Source: Gemmatimonadales bacterium (lineage in GTDB: Bacteria; Gemmatimonadota; Gemmatimonadetes; Gemmatimonadales; GWC2-71-9). Taken from it: a DNA stretch of 14,471 nucleotides. The stretch covers positions 1 through 14,471 of the forward strand of contig JBFJHJ010000047.1 in the NCBI GenBank assembly GCA_041613315.1, read 5' to 3'. Below are positions 1-10,024 of the stretch, piece after piece (within the stretch, counting starts at the first letter, position 1; every line of letters starts with the position of its first letter). The translations under genes were made by a program, and so were the position numbers. The notes under the pieces are model-generated. The model did not search any database and was not told the DNA's origin. It saw only the letters and a program-made list of their open reading frames with translations.

Positions 1-939
1 CGCCCACGCCCCCGCCACCACGTCCTGCACCGCGAGCCCCACGGACTTGAACACCGTGAGCTCGTCATCGCGCGTCCGCCCGGCCTCGGCACCGGTCACC
101 ACCGCCCCGAGCTCCACCAGATTCTGCTCGGCCACCAAGCCACCCTCGACCGCCGCGATCACTTCCCCCGCCTCCGCAAGCACCGCTTCCCGCTGATCCA
201 CGACGACCCGCGCCCGACCCAGCAGCGCGGGGTCCAGTTCCCGCATCGCCCGCGTGTACGAACCCACGGCGTTGACATGTACCCCCGGCCCGACATCGCC
301 CAACCGAACGACCGGCGTGGCCGAGGTCGTTGCGGCGCAGACGATGTCGGCGCCGCGGATGGCGTCGGCCGCCGAGCCCGCGACCGATATCGCCGCTGGG
401 ACCCCCGGCACGGTGGCCATCTCCGCCGCGAACCGCTCGGCATGCACCCTCGTCGGCGCGTAGACCCGGACCCGCTCGATCTCCCGCACGCAGCAGACCG
501 CTTCGAGCTGCGTCCGCGCCTGGACCCCCGCCCCAATCACGGCCACCGCCGCCGCGTCGCCCCGCGCCAACAGCGCGCTGGCGAGGCCACTCGCCGCCCC
601 CGTCCGAATCGCCGTGAGCGCCGTGCCCTCCAGCACCGCCCGCAACTCCCCGGACTCGGCGCTCATCAGGATCACCGTGGCGTGGATCAGCGGGCGCCCC
701 AACGGCGGGTTCCCCGGGAACACCGTGACCATCTTGCCGCCCAAGCCCAGCGGCAGGTCGCACCGGGCCGGCATCACCAGCAGCGCGCCGTCACGGTCCG
801 GCACGGGCACCATGCTTCGCAGCGGCAACGCGACCGAACCGCGCGCCAACTGCGCAAAGGCCTCCCGCATCGCCGCGATCGCCGATGACATTGGCAGCGC
901 GGCGCGAACATCGGCCGCGGACAAGATCGAGACGGTCAA
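1..939 (-). CDS. Ornithine cyclodeaminase / mu-crystallin family protein (imine reductase-like); 3' end runs off the window
   Basis: Hand translation of the minus frame (not in the ORF track): (M)[16 protein letters not shown]...LVMPA...[11 protein letters not shown]...[18 protein letters not shown]...VIGAGVQA...[10 protein letters not shown]...[10 protein letters not shown]...MRELD...EAGE...[14 protein letters not shown]. Probable TTG start at 937-939; in-frame TAG upstream at 1006-1008. Confidence 0.92.
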   Translation of the reverse strand, partial: MTVSILSAADVRAALPMSSAIAAMREAFAQLARGSVALPLRSMVPVPDRDGALLVMPARCDLPLGLGGKMVTVFPGNPPLGRPLIHATVILMSAESGELRAVLEGTALTAIRTGAASGLASALLARGDAAAVAVIGAGVQARTQLEAVCCVREIERVRVYAPTRVHAERFAAEMATVPGVPAAISVAGSAADAIRGADIVCAATTSATPVVRLGDVGPGVHVNAVGSYTRAMRELDPALLGRARVVVDQREAVLAEAGEVIAAVEGGLVAEQNLVELGAVVTGAEAGRTRDDELTVFKSVGLAVQDVVAGAWA

Positions 940-982
940 CGCCGGTCCGCCGGTTGACGACCGCGCGACGCCGCGCCTGCCG

Positions 983-1474
983 TCAGTTCCTCCGCCGCGC
1001 CATGACTAGCGTGGCCGGCTCCGACGTACCGTCGAAAACGAAGTCGAACGTCTTCGCGAGGTTGGAAAGGGTGAGGGTCCCCCCCGAGAGCGTACAGGCG
1101 AACCCCCGCGGCAGTCCGAGCGCCGCTGCACCTTCGTCCGGCTCCGCCTCCAGGTCCAGGGAGAGCGACGCCGGCCCTTTGAGGGTGATCTCCCCTCGCA
1201 TCGTGAATCCGCCCGTTACCAACGACGAGCCGAAGCCGACGAGCGATCCGTCCGCGGCGATCGTGACGCTGACGCGTCCACCAACATGCACGAGGTCGAG
1301 CGAGCGTCGCGCACTTTCCACCCGTTCCGTCCACAGCAGCTGAGAGGCATTCCAGGTTCCGGCGAAGTCGGCCAGCGTGACCTCGTCGGCACCCGTGAGG
1401 TCGCCGCAGGCGGCGCCGATCACGGCGGCCAGCGCGGTGAGGGTGCCACGCGCTCCGCGCGTGCTATTCCTTAT
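983..1474 (-). CDS. Hypothetical lipoprotein, beta-rich (lipocalin-like); start codon uncertain
   Basis: C-terminal ~163 aa of ORF 983..1714. Basic N-region (RNSTRGARG), hydrophobic stretch (TLTALAAVIG), lipobox-like GAAC (Cys at 1406-1408), then 'LADFAGTWNA' (GxW motif) and alternating beta-strands. The expected start position holds ATA (1472-1474); an alternative TTG lies at 1517-1519. Confidence 0.6.
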   Translation of the reverse strand: MRNSTRGARGTLTALAAVIGAACGDLTGADEVTLADFAGTWNASQLLWTERVESARRSLDLVHVGGRVSVTIAADGSLVGFGSSLVTGGFTMRGEITLKGPASLSLDLEAEPDEGAAALGLPRGFACTLSGGTLTLSNLAKTFDFVFDGTSEPATLVMARRRN

Positions 1475-1704
1475 TTCCGCAGACGCCCGGTCGAGACGCC
1501 CGAGAACCGCCCAAAGCAACCCCCCGCTGCCCCACCAGTCAATGACGCGTGGGGCGGAAGCCCCCCGTCCGGGGAGGCAGCCATTGCGCGGCGCCGGACC
1601 GCAGGACAGCGTTCCTCCCATACCCCCGACGAGGTCGGCCCGGACCTGTATGCACTCGGCGCCACTCGTCGGCCCGGTGCACCCGATGAATCCGAGGTGA
1701 TGAC

Positions 1705-3072
1705 ATGTCGGCAAGAACGTGGACCCTGCTCGCGCTCGCCGCCCTGGCGCCGACCGGCACCGACGCGGTCGCCCAGGCCCGCGCCTACGCCTTCGTAGAC
1801 GTGACCGTGATCCCCATGGACCGCGAACGCGTGATCGAGCACCAGACGGTGATCGTGCGTGACGGCCGGATCGTGCAGGTGGGCCCCGCGGACCGGATGG
1901 CCGTCCCCCAGGGCGCCACCTCCATCGACGGACGGGGGCGCTTCCTCATGCCGGGATTGGCGGAGATGCACGCGCACGTTCCCACCGACATGGACTACGC
2001 CGAGGAGGTGCTCTTCCTGTACATGGCGCACGGGGTCACGACGATCCGGGGCATGCTGGGGCACCCCTCGCACCTTACGCTGCGCCGGCAGGTGAATGCG
2101 GGTGAGAAGCTGGGACCGCGGTTCTGGACCTCCGGTCCTTCGGTGAACGGCAACAGCGTCCCCACGGCCGAGGCGGCGGAGCGGACCGCTCGGGAGCAGA
2201 AGGCCGCGGGGTACGACTTCATCAAGATCCACCCCGGCCTCAGCCGGCCGGCGTTCGACGCGCTTGCCGCCACGGCCGACGCGGTCGGCATTCGCTTCGC
2301 CGGGCACGTGCCGGCCGATGTGGGCCTGCGGAGGGCGCTCGACGCCCACTACTCGTCCATCGACCACCTGGACGGGTACATGGACCTCCTCGTCGCGGAT
2401 GGCGCCGCGACGAGCGGCGGCGGGTGGTTCGGCGCGAACTACGCGCCGATCGTGGACGACACGAAAGTCGTCGGGCTCGCCCGCGCCACGAAGATCGCGG
2501 GTGTGTGGAACGTGCCGACCCAAACGCTGATGGACAGCTACGCCAGTGACGAGACGCCGACGGCCATGGCCGCCCGTCCCGAGCTGCGCTATATGCCGCC
2601 GGCGACGCGGAACCAATGGCACAACTGGAAGGAGCGCTCCGCCGCCCAAGCCCCACCCGCCGACGCACGGCGTCGCTTCATCGAGATTCGCCGACGGCTG
2701 ATCAAGGCGCTGCACGACGAAGGCGCGGGGCTCTTGCTCGGATCCGATGCGCCGCAGGTGTTCAACGTCCCGGGCGTATCGGTGCACCAGGAGCTCGTTG
2801 CGATGGTTGCCGCGGGGCTCACGCCGTACCAGGCGCTGGTGACCGGCACGCGAAACATCGCCCTGTTTTTCGGCGTTCAGGACCGGGCGGGCACCGTGGA
2901 GCAGGGGAGGTGGGCGGACCTCATCCTCCTCGACGCAAACCCGCTGGCCGACATTCGCAACACGAGCCGGCTCGCGGGCGTCATGGTCCGCGGCCACTGG
3001 CTCCCCCGCGGCGAGATCGACCAGCGACTCGCCACGCTTGCGGCGAAGTACGTAGACGGGGGCGGACGCTAA
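1705..3072 (+). CDS. Secreted metal-dependent amidohydrolase (Amidohydro_1 / COG1228-like)
   Basis: Signal peptide; IDGRGRFLMPGLAEMHAH (HxH), GVTTIR, FIKIH (Lys), GHV, IDH, GSDAP, GTVEQGRWADLILLDANPL. SD-like GAGGTG at 1694-1699. Confidence 0.93.
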   Translation: MSARTWTLLALAALAPTGTDAVAQARAYAFVDVTVIPMDRERVIEHQTVIVRDGRIVQVGPADRMAVPQGATSIDGRGRFLMPGLAEMHAHVPTDMDYAEEVLFLYMAHGVTTIRGMLGHPSHLTLRRQVNAGEKLGPRFWTSGPSVNGNSVPTAEAAERTAREQKAAGYDFIKIHPGLSRPAFDALAATADAVGIRFAGHVPADVGLRRALDAHYSSIDHLDGYMDLLVADGAATSGGGWFGANYAPIVDDTKVVGLARATKIAGVWNVPTQTLMDSYASDETPTAMAARPELRYMPPATRNQWHNWKERSAAQAPPADARRRFIEIRRRLIKALHDEGAGLLLGSDAPQVFNVPGVSVHQELVAMVAAGLTPYQALVTGTRNIALFFGVQDRAGTVEQGRWADLILLDANPLADIRNTSRLAGVMVRGHWLPRGEIDQRLATLAAKYVDGGGR

Positions 3073-3184
3073 GAGAGCACACCGGGGGAGGAGGCGCCCG
3101 GTGGACCGCGACGATCGCCCGGTCGCGGTAGCCCGCCTTCCCGGACGGTGTGGGTGTACGTGGGGCACGCCGAGCGGCCTCACT

Positions 3185-4294
3185 TCACGTCAGCGCGCGC
3201 GTCGGGTCGATGACCGCTTTCGTGACACGGAGCGCCTCGACGTCCGCCAGCGCGCGCTCCGCGTGTTCGAGTCCGTAACGGGCGCCGATCACGCGCGCAA
3301 AGGGCAGGCGATCGCGGTGGCGTGCCAGGAGGCGCAACGCGCGCACCATGTGACGAAACGCCGTGCCCCACTGCCCGCGAACGTCGGCATGCTTGCGATT
3401 GATGTCCACGTGCGGGTTCATCGGCACGGGGCCGGTGTCGGTGTAGTGGCCGGCGATCACATATGTCCCGCCGTCGCGGAGGAGACCGAACCCTTCCGCG
3501 ACCGCGTCCGGGTTGCCCGTGGCTTCGATCACCACGTCGGCACCCCGACCGTCCGTCAACGTTCGCACGGTCTCCCGTCGCTCCGACGGCCCCGCCGACT
3601 CGATCGAGACGGTGACATCGGCCCCGAGCGTGCGGGCGAGCTCGAGCCGCGCGGCGGGGGCGCCCGTGACCACGACCAGCCCCGCGCCACTGAGGGCGGC
3701 GAACGCGGCCGCGGAAAGGCCCACGGGACCCGCCCCCTGCACGAGCACCGTGTCGCCCATGGCGAGCCCGCTGCGCTCGACCGCCGCGAAACCGGTGAAC
3801 AGCCCACACCCGCCGCCGATGACATCGTCCGGCGTGAGTCCGTCGGGAAGGCAAAGGACCTTGACCCCGGGCTTCAGATGGATGCGCTCCGCCCAGCCGC
3901 CCAGCGGGCCGTCATGCGCGGAGTACGTGATGCCGTAGACTCGGCGTGACGGGCAGCGGTTCGGCTGTTCCGCGACCGTGCAGTAGTAGCACGCGTGGCA
4001 GACTTCGTGGACGTCGTAGAACGTGACCACGTCCCCGACCCCGAGCGGCCGACCGAGCGCGTCGGCCTCCGAACCGCCCGTCTCCAACACGCGCCCCACG
4101 CTCACGTGGCCCGGGACGATGGGGTACGGCACGCCGGCCAGCCGGCCGTGGAACAGATGCACGTCGGTGCCGCACACCTCGCTCGCCACGGTCTCCAGCA
4201 GCATGGAACCGGGCTCGAGCGCGGGCTCCGGAAGGTCCCACACCTCGAGCGGCTGTTGCGGCGCCGTCATGACGGCCGCCCGAATGCCGCTCAT
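3185..4294 (-). CDS. Zinc-binding medium-chain dehydrogenase/reductase (alcohol dehydrogenase family), 369 aa
   Basis: C-terminal part of the 808-aa ORF, starting at MSGIRAAVM (ATG 4292-4294, overlapping the permease TGA). Motifs VCGTDVH, PGHVSVG, structural-Zn CHACYYC-x8-C, GGGCG, Rossmann GAGPVG, GRGADVVIEATG. Confidence 0.92.
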   Translation of the reverse strand: MSGIRAAVMTAPQQPLEVWDLPEPALEPGSMLLETVASEVCGTDVHLFHGRLAGVPYPIVPGHVSVGRVLETGGSEADALGRPLGVGDVVTFYDVHEVCHACYYCTVAEQPNRCPSRRVYGITYSAHDGPLGGWAERIHLKPGVKVLCLPDGLTPDDVIGGGCGLFTGFAAVERSGLAMGDTVLVQGAGPVGLSAAAFAALSGAGLVVVTGAPAARLELARTLGADVTVSIESAGPSERRETVRTLTDGRGADVVIEATGNPDAVAEGFGLLRDGGTYVIAGHYTDTGPVPMNPHVDINRKHADVRGQWGTAFRHMVRALRLLARHRDRLPFARVIGARYGLEHAERALADVEALRVTKAVIDPTRALT

Positions 4295-5574
4295 CGGAAG
4301 AGCGACACCAGGTAGACCGCGGCCGTCCCGCCGAGGAGGACGAGGCCGACCCACGAAAGCGCCACCAATCCCCGGCTGGGGCGGTCGGCGGGGGGCACGT
4401 CGGCGGACGTCACCGCCCGGAGGTTGAGGTAGCCGAGGACCGGTGCGGTGATGAAGGACACGATCGTGGCAAAGTCCACCATCTCGGTCAGGCTCCCAAC
4501 GAAGAGAGCCACCACCGCCACCGTCGCTACGGCCAGGACCGCGACGCTCGCCCAGTAGACCGGGCCGGCGCTCGACACCGGCGGCAGAGCGTCGCGCGAC
4601 GCGCCCAGGCGGGCGACGGACCGCTCGATCGCGCGGGGGAACCCGTCCACTACCGTGAGCGTCGTGGAGAGCATCGTCGTCACAACCGAGACGATCACCA
4701 CCGGCCGGAGCCACTGTCCGAGCGTCGTCCCGTACAGATCCACGAGCTGCGTCACGAAGACTGTGCCCTGTCCGTTGAACGAGGCCCCGGAGCGGTACAT
4801 CACGCCGGCACCGAGCACCAGGAAGGCGAACGCGAAGAACCCCGTGCCGGCGTACCCGATAAGGAAATCCAGCCGCGCGGTCGGGACCGACGTACGCCCG
4901 CCGCTCGCGTCGTCTTTGGCGAGCGTCCAGAGGGAGCTCCAGACCGAGATATCGATGGCCGAGGGCATCCATCCCACCAGCGCGAGCAGAAAGGCGAACT
5001 GGACGGTCGTCCCGATCGCCGCGGCGGGCCACAGGGTGAGGGTCGCCGGGTCGGTCCGTGGGAGCGTCGCGGCGGCGGCGGCGAGGGTGGAGAGCGCGAG
5101 CAGCAGCAGGATGAGCTTGATGGACAGGTCCAGGAAGCGGAAACGGCCCGCCCACAGCAGGAGGCCGCATGCCGTGACCAGAACCCCGGCCGTGAGCGAC
5201 AACGACCACTCCAGCCCGAAGGCGTACTTGATCAGAAACGCCGTGAACACCACGACGGCGGTCTGGACGATCACCGATGTGAGCGCGGTGATGACGAGAT
5301 AGAGCCAGAGCGCCCAGCGGCCGATGCGCAGGTAGCCTTCGACCAGACTTTGTCCTGTCGCAGCCGCGTAGCGCGGCCCGAACTCGAAGAACGGGTACTT
5401 CAGGACCAATGCCAGGACAATGATGCCGGCGAGCGCAAACCCCGCGTCCGCGCCCGCACGGGTGGACTGGACCAAGTGCGACACGCCGATCGCCGCCGCC
5501 GCCCACAACAAACCCGGACCGAAGCTGGACCAGAACCGGCTGGGGGAACCGGTGGGAGATGCTGAGGAGATCAT
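4291..5574 (-). CDS. NRAMP-related (APC-fold) membrane transporter
   Basis: 427 aa with about 11 hydrophobic segments. GPGLLWAAAAIGVSHLVQSTRAGA, KYPFFEFGPRYAAATGQSLVEGY and GWMPSAID resemble COG1914/NRAMP-like permeases. The canonical DPGN motif is absent. Confidence 0.85.
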   Translation of the reverse strand: MISSASPTGSPSRFWSSFGPGLLWAAAAIGVSHLVQSTRAGADAGFALAGIIVLALVLKYPFFEFGPRYAAATGQSLVEGYLRIGRWALWLYLVITALTSVIVQTAVVVFTAFLIKYAFGLEWSLSLTAGVLVTACGLLLWAGRFRFLDLSIKLILLLLALSTLAAAAATLPRTDPATLTLWPAAAIGTTVQFAFLLALVGWMPSAIDISVWSSLWTLAKDDASGGRTSVPTARLDFLIGYAGTGFFAFAFLVLGAGVMYRSGASFNGQGTVFVTQLVDLYGTTLGQWLRPVVIVSVVTTMLSTTLTVVDGFPRAIERSVARLGASRDALPPVSSAGPVYWASVAVLAVATVAVVALFVGSLTEMVDFATIVSFITAPVLGYLNLRAVTSADVPPADRPSRGLVALSWVGLVLLGGTAAVYLVSLFR

Positions 5575-5615
5575 GGCGGGAGAAGTTCCAGGACGGAGCG
5601 GGGAGCCGCAAGACG
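5575..5615 (-). promoter_or_regulatory. Putative promoter for a (near-)leaderless permease transcript
   Basis: Minus strand: TTGCGG (5611-5606), 17 nt, GAACTT (5588-5583), 8 nt, ATG; no SD. The same motif occurs at 9963-10001. Confidence 0.45.
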
Positions 5616-5629
5616 TGACGAAGACGCCC

Positions 5630-6378
5630 TCACTCCGCTCCCGTCAGTGCCGCCTTCAGCAGATCCCGGTTGAGCCGCGCGATGAGGTCGATGCTGATGG
5701 ACTTCGGGCACGCCGCTTCACATTCGCCGTGATTGGTGCAGGACCCGAACCCCTCGGCGTCCATCTGCGCCGTCATCCGGCGCACTCGCGCGTAGCGCTC
5801 CGGCTGCCCCTGCGGAAGCTGGCCCAAGTGTGAGATTTTGGCCGCGGTGAACAGCATCGCCGACGCATTGGGGCACGCCGCCACGCATGCGCCGCACCCG
5901 ATGCACGTGGCGGCGTCGAAGGCGAGGTCGGCGCTGGCCTTCGGCACGGGGATCGCGTTGGCCTCCGGCGCGCTGCCAGTCCGCACCGAGATGTACCCGC
6001 CGGCCTGGATGATGCGGTCGAACGCGCTCCGGTCCACCACCAGGTCCTTGAGGACCGGAAAGGCTCGTGCCCGCCAGGGCTCGACCCACAGCTCGTCGCC
6101 GTCGCCGAAGCTCCGCATGTGGAGCTGGCAGGTCGCGGTGCCACGATGCGGCCCGTGCGGCGACTTGTTGATCACCACGCCGCAGGAGCCGCAGATCCCC
6201 TCCCGGCAGTCGTGCTCGAACGCGATCGGCTCCTCTCCGCTGGCGGTCAGCGCCTCGTTCACGACGTCGAGGACTTCGAGGAACGACATGTGCGGCGTCA
6301 CGTCAGCGGTTTCGTACCGCACGAACCGCCCTCGCTCGCCTCGGGTCGCTTGGCGCCACACGTGGAGCACGATGCGCA

Positions 6379-6379
<1 letters not shown>
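5630..6379 (-). CDS. sdhB: Succinate dehydrogenase/fumarate reductase iron-sulfur subunit
   Basis: CREGICGSC...TC [2Fe-2S], [12 protein letters not shown] and [12 protein letters not shown] cluster motifs, [15 protein letters not shown] overlap with sdhA. Confidence 0.97.
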
Positions 6380-8292
<1,913 letters not shown>

Positions 8293-8316
8293 GACGTCGG
8301 TCAGCCTCTCCTCGCG

Positions 8317-8997
8317 TTAGCGCAGGACGCCGGTCGCCACGGCCAGTGGGACCGCAAGGAAACCGGCCACGACCACGACCGCAATGATGCCGGCCAGCGG
8401 CCGCCGCAGCCCATTGTAGCGCGGATGGTTCACCCCGAGCGTCTGAAACGCGCTCCAGACGCCGTGGTACAGGTGGAAGCCGAGCGCCAGCATCGCCACC
8501 GTGTAGGCCGCCACGACCCACCAGATCCGAAACCCGACGATCACGTTGTGGTACACCGCTCCCGTCACGAAATCGGGATGGGCCGTCCCGAAGGTGAAGT
8601 GCAGCAGGTGGTAGACGACGAATAGCACGAGCACGACCCCGCCCCAGCGCATTGTGCGCGAGGCGTACGTGGATGCTTCCGGCTCGAGTCGGCGGCGGTA
8701 CGCGACCGGCCGCGCCGCGTGGCTGGTCCGGGTGAGCTGCCAAGCCGCGAGGATGTGGATGGCCACCGCGCCGACGAGCACCGCTCGGACGATCCACAGC
8801 AGCTCCCCATGGCCCAGGAGCGGCGACCCCACCTCGCGGAGGAACTCGGCGTACGCGTCGAACGCCGCCGGCCCTTGAAAGGCCTTCAGGTTGCCGGCCA
8901 TGTGTCCGAGCACGAACAGCACGAGAACGACCCCTGAGGCGGCCATGAGGATCTTCTTGCCGACGGTCGAACGGTACAGGCTGAAGAGCCGACGCAT
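8317..8997 (-). CDS. sdhC: Succinate dehydrogenase cytochrome b558 subunit (single ~5-TM, probably diheme anchor)
   Basis: STVGKKILMAASG, His-bearing helices GHMAGN, IHIL, YHLLHF, FHLYHGVWSAFQTLG. Directly upstream of sdhA; no sdhD present. Confidence 0.95.
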   Translation of the reverse strand: MRRLFSLYRSTVGKKILMAASGVVLVLFVLGHMAGNLKAFQGPAAFDAYAEFLREVGSPLLGHGELLWIVRAVLVGAVAIHILAAWQLTRTSHAARPVAYRRRLEPEASTYASRTMRWGGVVLVLFVVYHLLHFTFGTAHPDFVTGAVYHNVIVGFRIWWVVAAYTVAMLALGFHLYHGVWSAFQTLGVNHPRYNGLRRPLAGIIAVVVVAGFLAVPLAVATGVLR

Positions 8998-9031
8998 GCG
9001 GTCTCCCTCACGGTAGGGTCGTGCCCCGCGG

Positions 9032-9061
9032 ATGATACTCGACCCGCCGGGGCGCGAGCAA
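9032..9061 (-). promoter_or_regulatory. Putative sigma70-type promoter for sdhCAB
   Basis: Minus strand: TTGCTC (9061-9056), 18 nt, TATCAT (9037-9032); SD-like GGGAGA before the sdhC ATG. Confidence 0.55.
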
Positions 9062-9068
9062 CCGACCG

Positions 9069-9935
9069 TCAGTCGGCGGCGAGCTCACGCTCGATGACGT
9101 CCGCGAGCCGCTCGACGGCGGTGGCGGAGAATCGGAGGAAGAGCTCCGGCTCCACGAGTTCCAGCTCGGTGACCAGGGGACCGCCGTCCGGGCTCCGCGC
9201 CATGTCCACTCGTGCGTAGATCGTGCGGTCACCTACCGCTTCCAGCGCCCGGCTGGCCATCGCGAGTTCCCGCCGGTTCGGTTTGGCGGTGGCAACCGTG
9301 CCGCCGTAGTCGTCGTGCACCCGGAACTCGCCTTCGCCCGCTTCCTTGCGGACGGCGTGGGTGAACTCGCCGTCGATGAACACGAGAGACAGCTCCCCGG
9401 ATCGCCCTATCGTCGGCAGGTAGGGCTGGACCAGGATGTCTTCAAACGGGAGTAGCCGGTCGAGGTGTTCCTGCCCCCGCGCTATCGTCTCGGTGGCCAC
9501 GCGGATCGCGTGCCGGCCCGATGCTCCCACTGCCGGCTTCACGACCACGTCGGCCCAGCCGCGCTTGGTCATGATGGCGTCGAGCGCGACGCGCCCACCG
9601 CGCTTGAGCAGCTCGGTCGGGGTCACCCGGATGCCGCGGGCCTCCAGGTCGCAGAGGTAACTCTTGTGCGCGCTCCACGACAGCACGTGCAACGGATTGA
9701 CCAATCGCGACACCGCCGCAACGCGCTCCGCCCACGTGAGGAACTCATCGAGGCGATAGGCGTAGTCCCACGTCGAGCGGATCACGCACAGCTTGGGACG
9801 CGACCAGTCTTGGTAGGAATCCTCCCAGACCACGGGGTCGGCGTCGATCCGGCGCCCCCGCAGCGCGTGCAGGATGTACCGATCGTCGCTGTGAAGGCCG
9901 GGAAGGGCGGCACAGGTGACGAGGGCGACGTCCAT
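9069..9935 (-). CDS. ATP-grasp peptide/amide ligase (RimK/GshB-related, DcsG-like)
   Basis: VALVTC...VVWED...VIRSTWDY, HKSYL, VVKPAVGASG, LVQPYL, GELSLVF, HAVRK, EFRV, YARVD, ELELVEPELF. Confidence 0.88.
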   Translation of the reverse strand: MDVALVTCAALPGLHSDDRYILHALRGRRIDADPVVWEDSYQDWSRPKLCVIRSTWDYAYRLDEFLTWAERVAAVSRLVNPLHVLSWSAHKSYLCDLEARGIRVTPTELLKRGGRVALDAIMTKRGWADVVVKPAVGASGRHAIRVATETIARGQEHLDRLLPFEDILVQPYLPTIGRSGELSLVFIDGEFTHAVRKEAGEGEFRVHDDYGGTVATAKPNRRELAMASRALEAVGDRTIYARVDMARSPDGGPLVTELELVEPELFLRFSATAVERLADVIERELAAD

Positions 9936-9962
9936 GGCGGGAGCAAAGATACCCGTGCCGGG

Positions 9963-10001
9963 CGTCTTGCGGAGGGGTGGTGCGCGAGAGGACCTTCTCC
10001 C
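9963..10001 (+). promoter_or_regulatory. Putative promoter for the 10025 gene (shared motif)
   Basis: TTGCGG (9967-9972), 18 nt, GACCTT (9991-9996). Flanks match the motif upstream of the permease. Confidence 0.4.
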
Positions 10002-10024
10002 CTCCTCCCGCGACGAGGCAAGCT

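Noticed and set aside
65..1343. Several ORFs (65..763, 159..536, 277..888, 614..1009, 885..1343, 936..1334)
   Set aside because: Arg/Gly/Pro-rich shadow frames over the OCD and lipoprotein genes, with no recognisable motifs.
1475..1704. Possible riboswitch or ncRNA in the longest intergenic region
   Set aside because: No TPP, SAM, cobalamin, FMN or glycine consensus recognised by eye; an Rfam scan would be needed to exclude it.
1475..1714. N-terminal extension of the 243-aa minus ORF
   Set aside because: Crosses the divergent promoter region and overlaps the amidohydrolase start; the signal peptide begins about 80 codons in.
1471..3183. 570-aa antisense ORF
   Set aside because: Antisense mirror of the amidohydrolase; long stop-free antisense frames are expected at high GC3.
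3101..3949. 282-aa plus-strand ORF
   Set aside because: Antisense shadow of the MDR gene.
3185..5611. 808-aa ORF as a fusion or same-strand overlapping gene
   Set aside because: The first ~439 codons are low-complexity off-frame read of the permease; the real MDR starts at ATG 4294 with an ATGA overlap.
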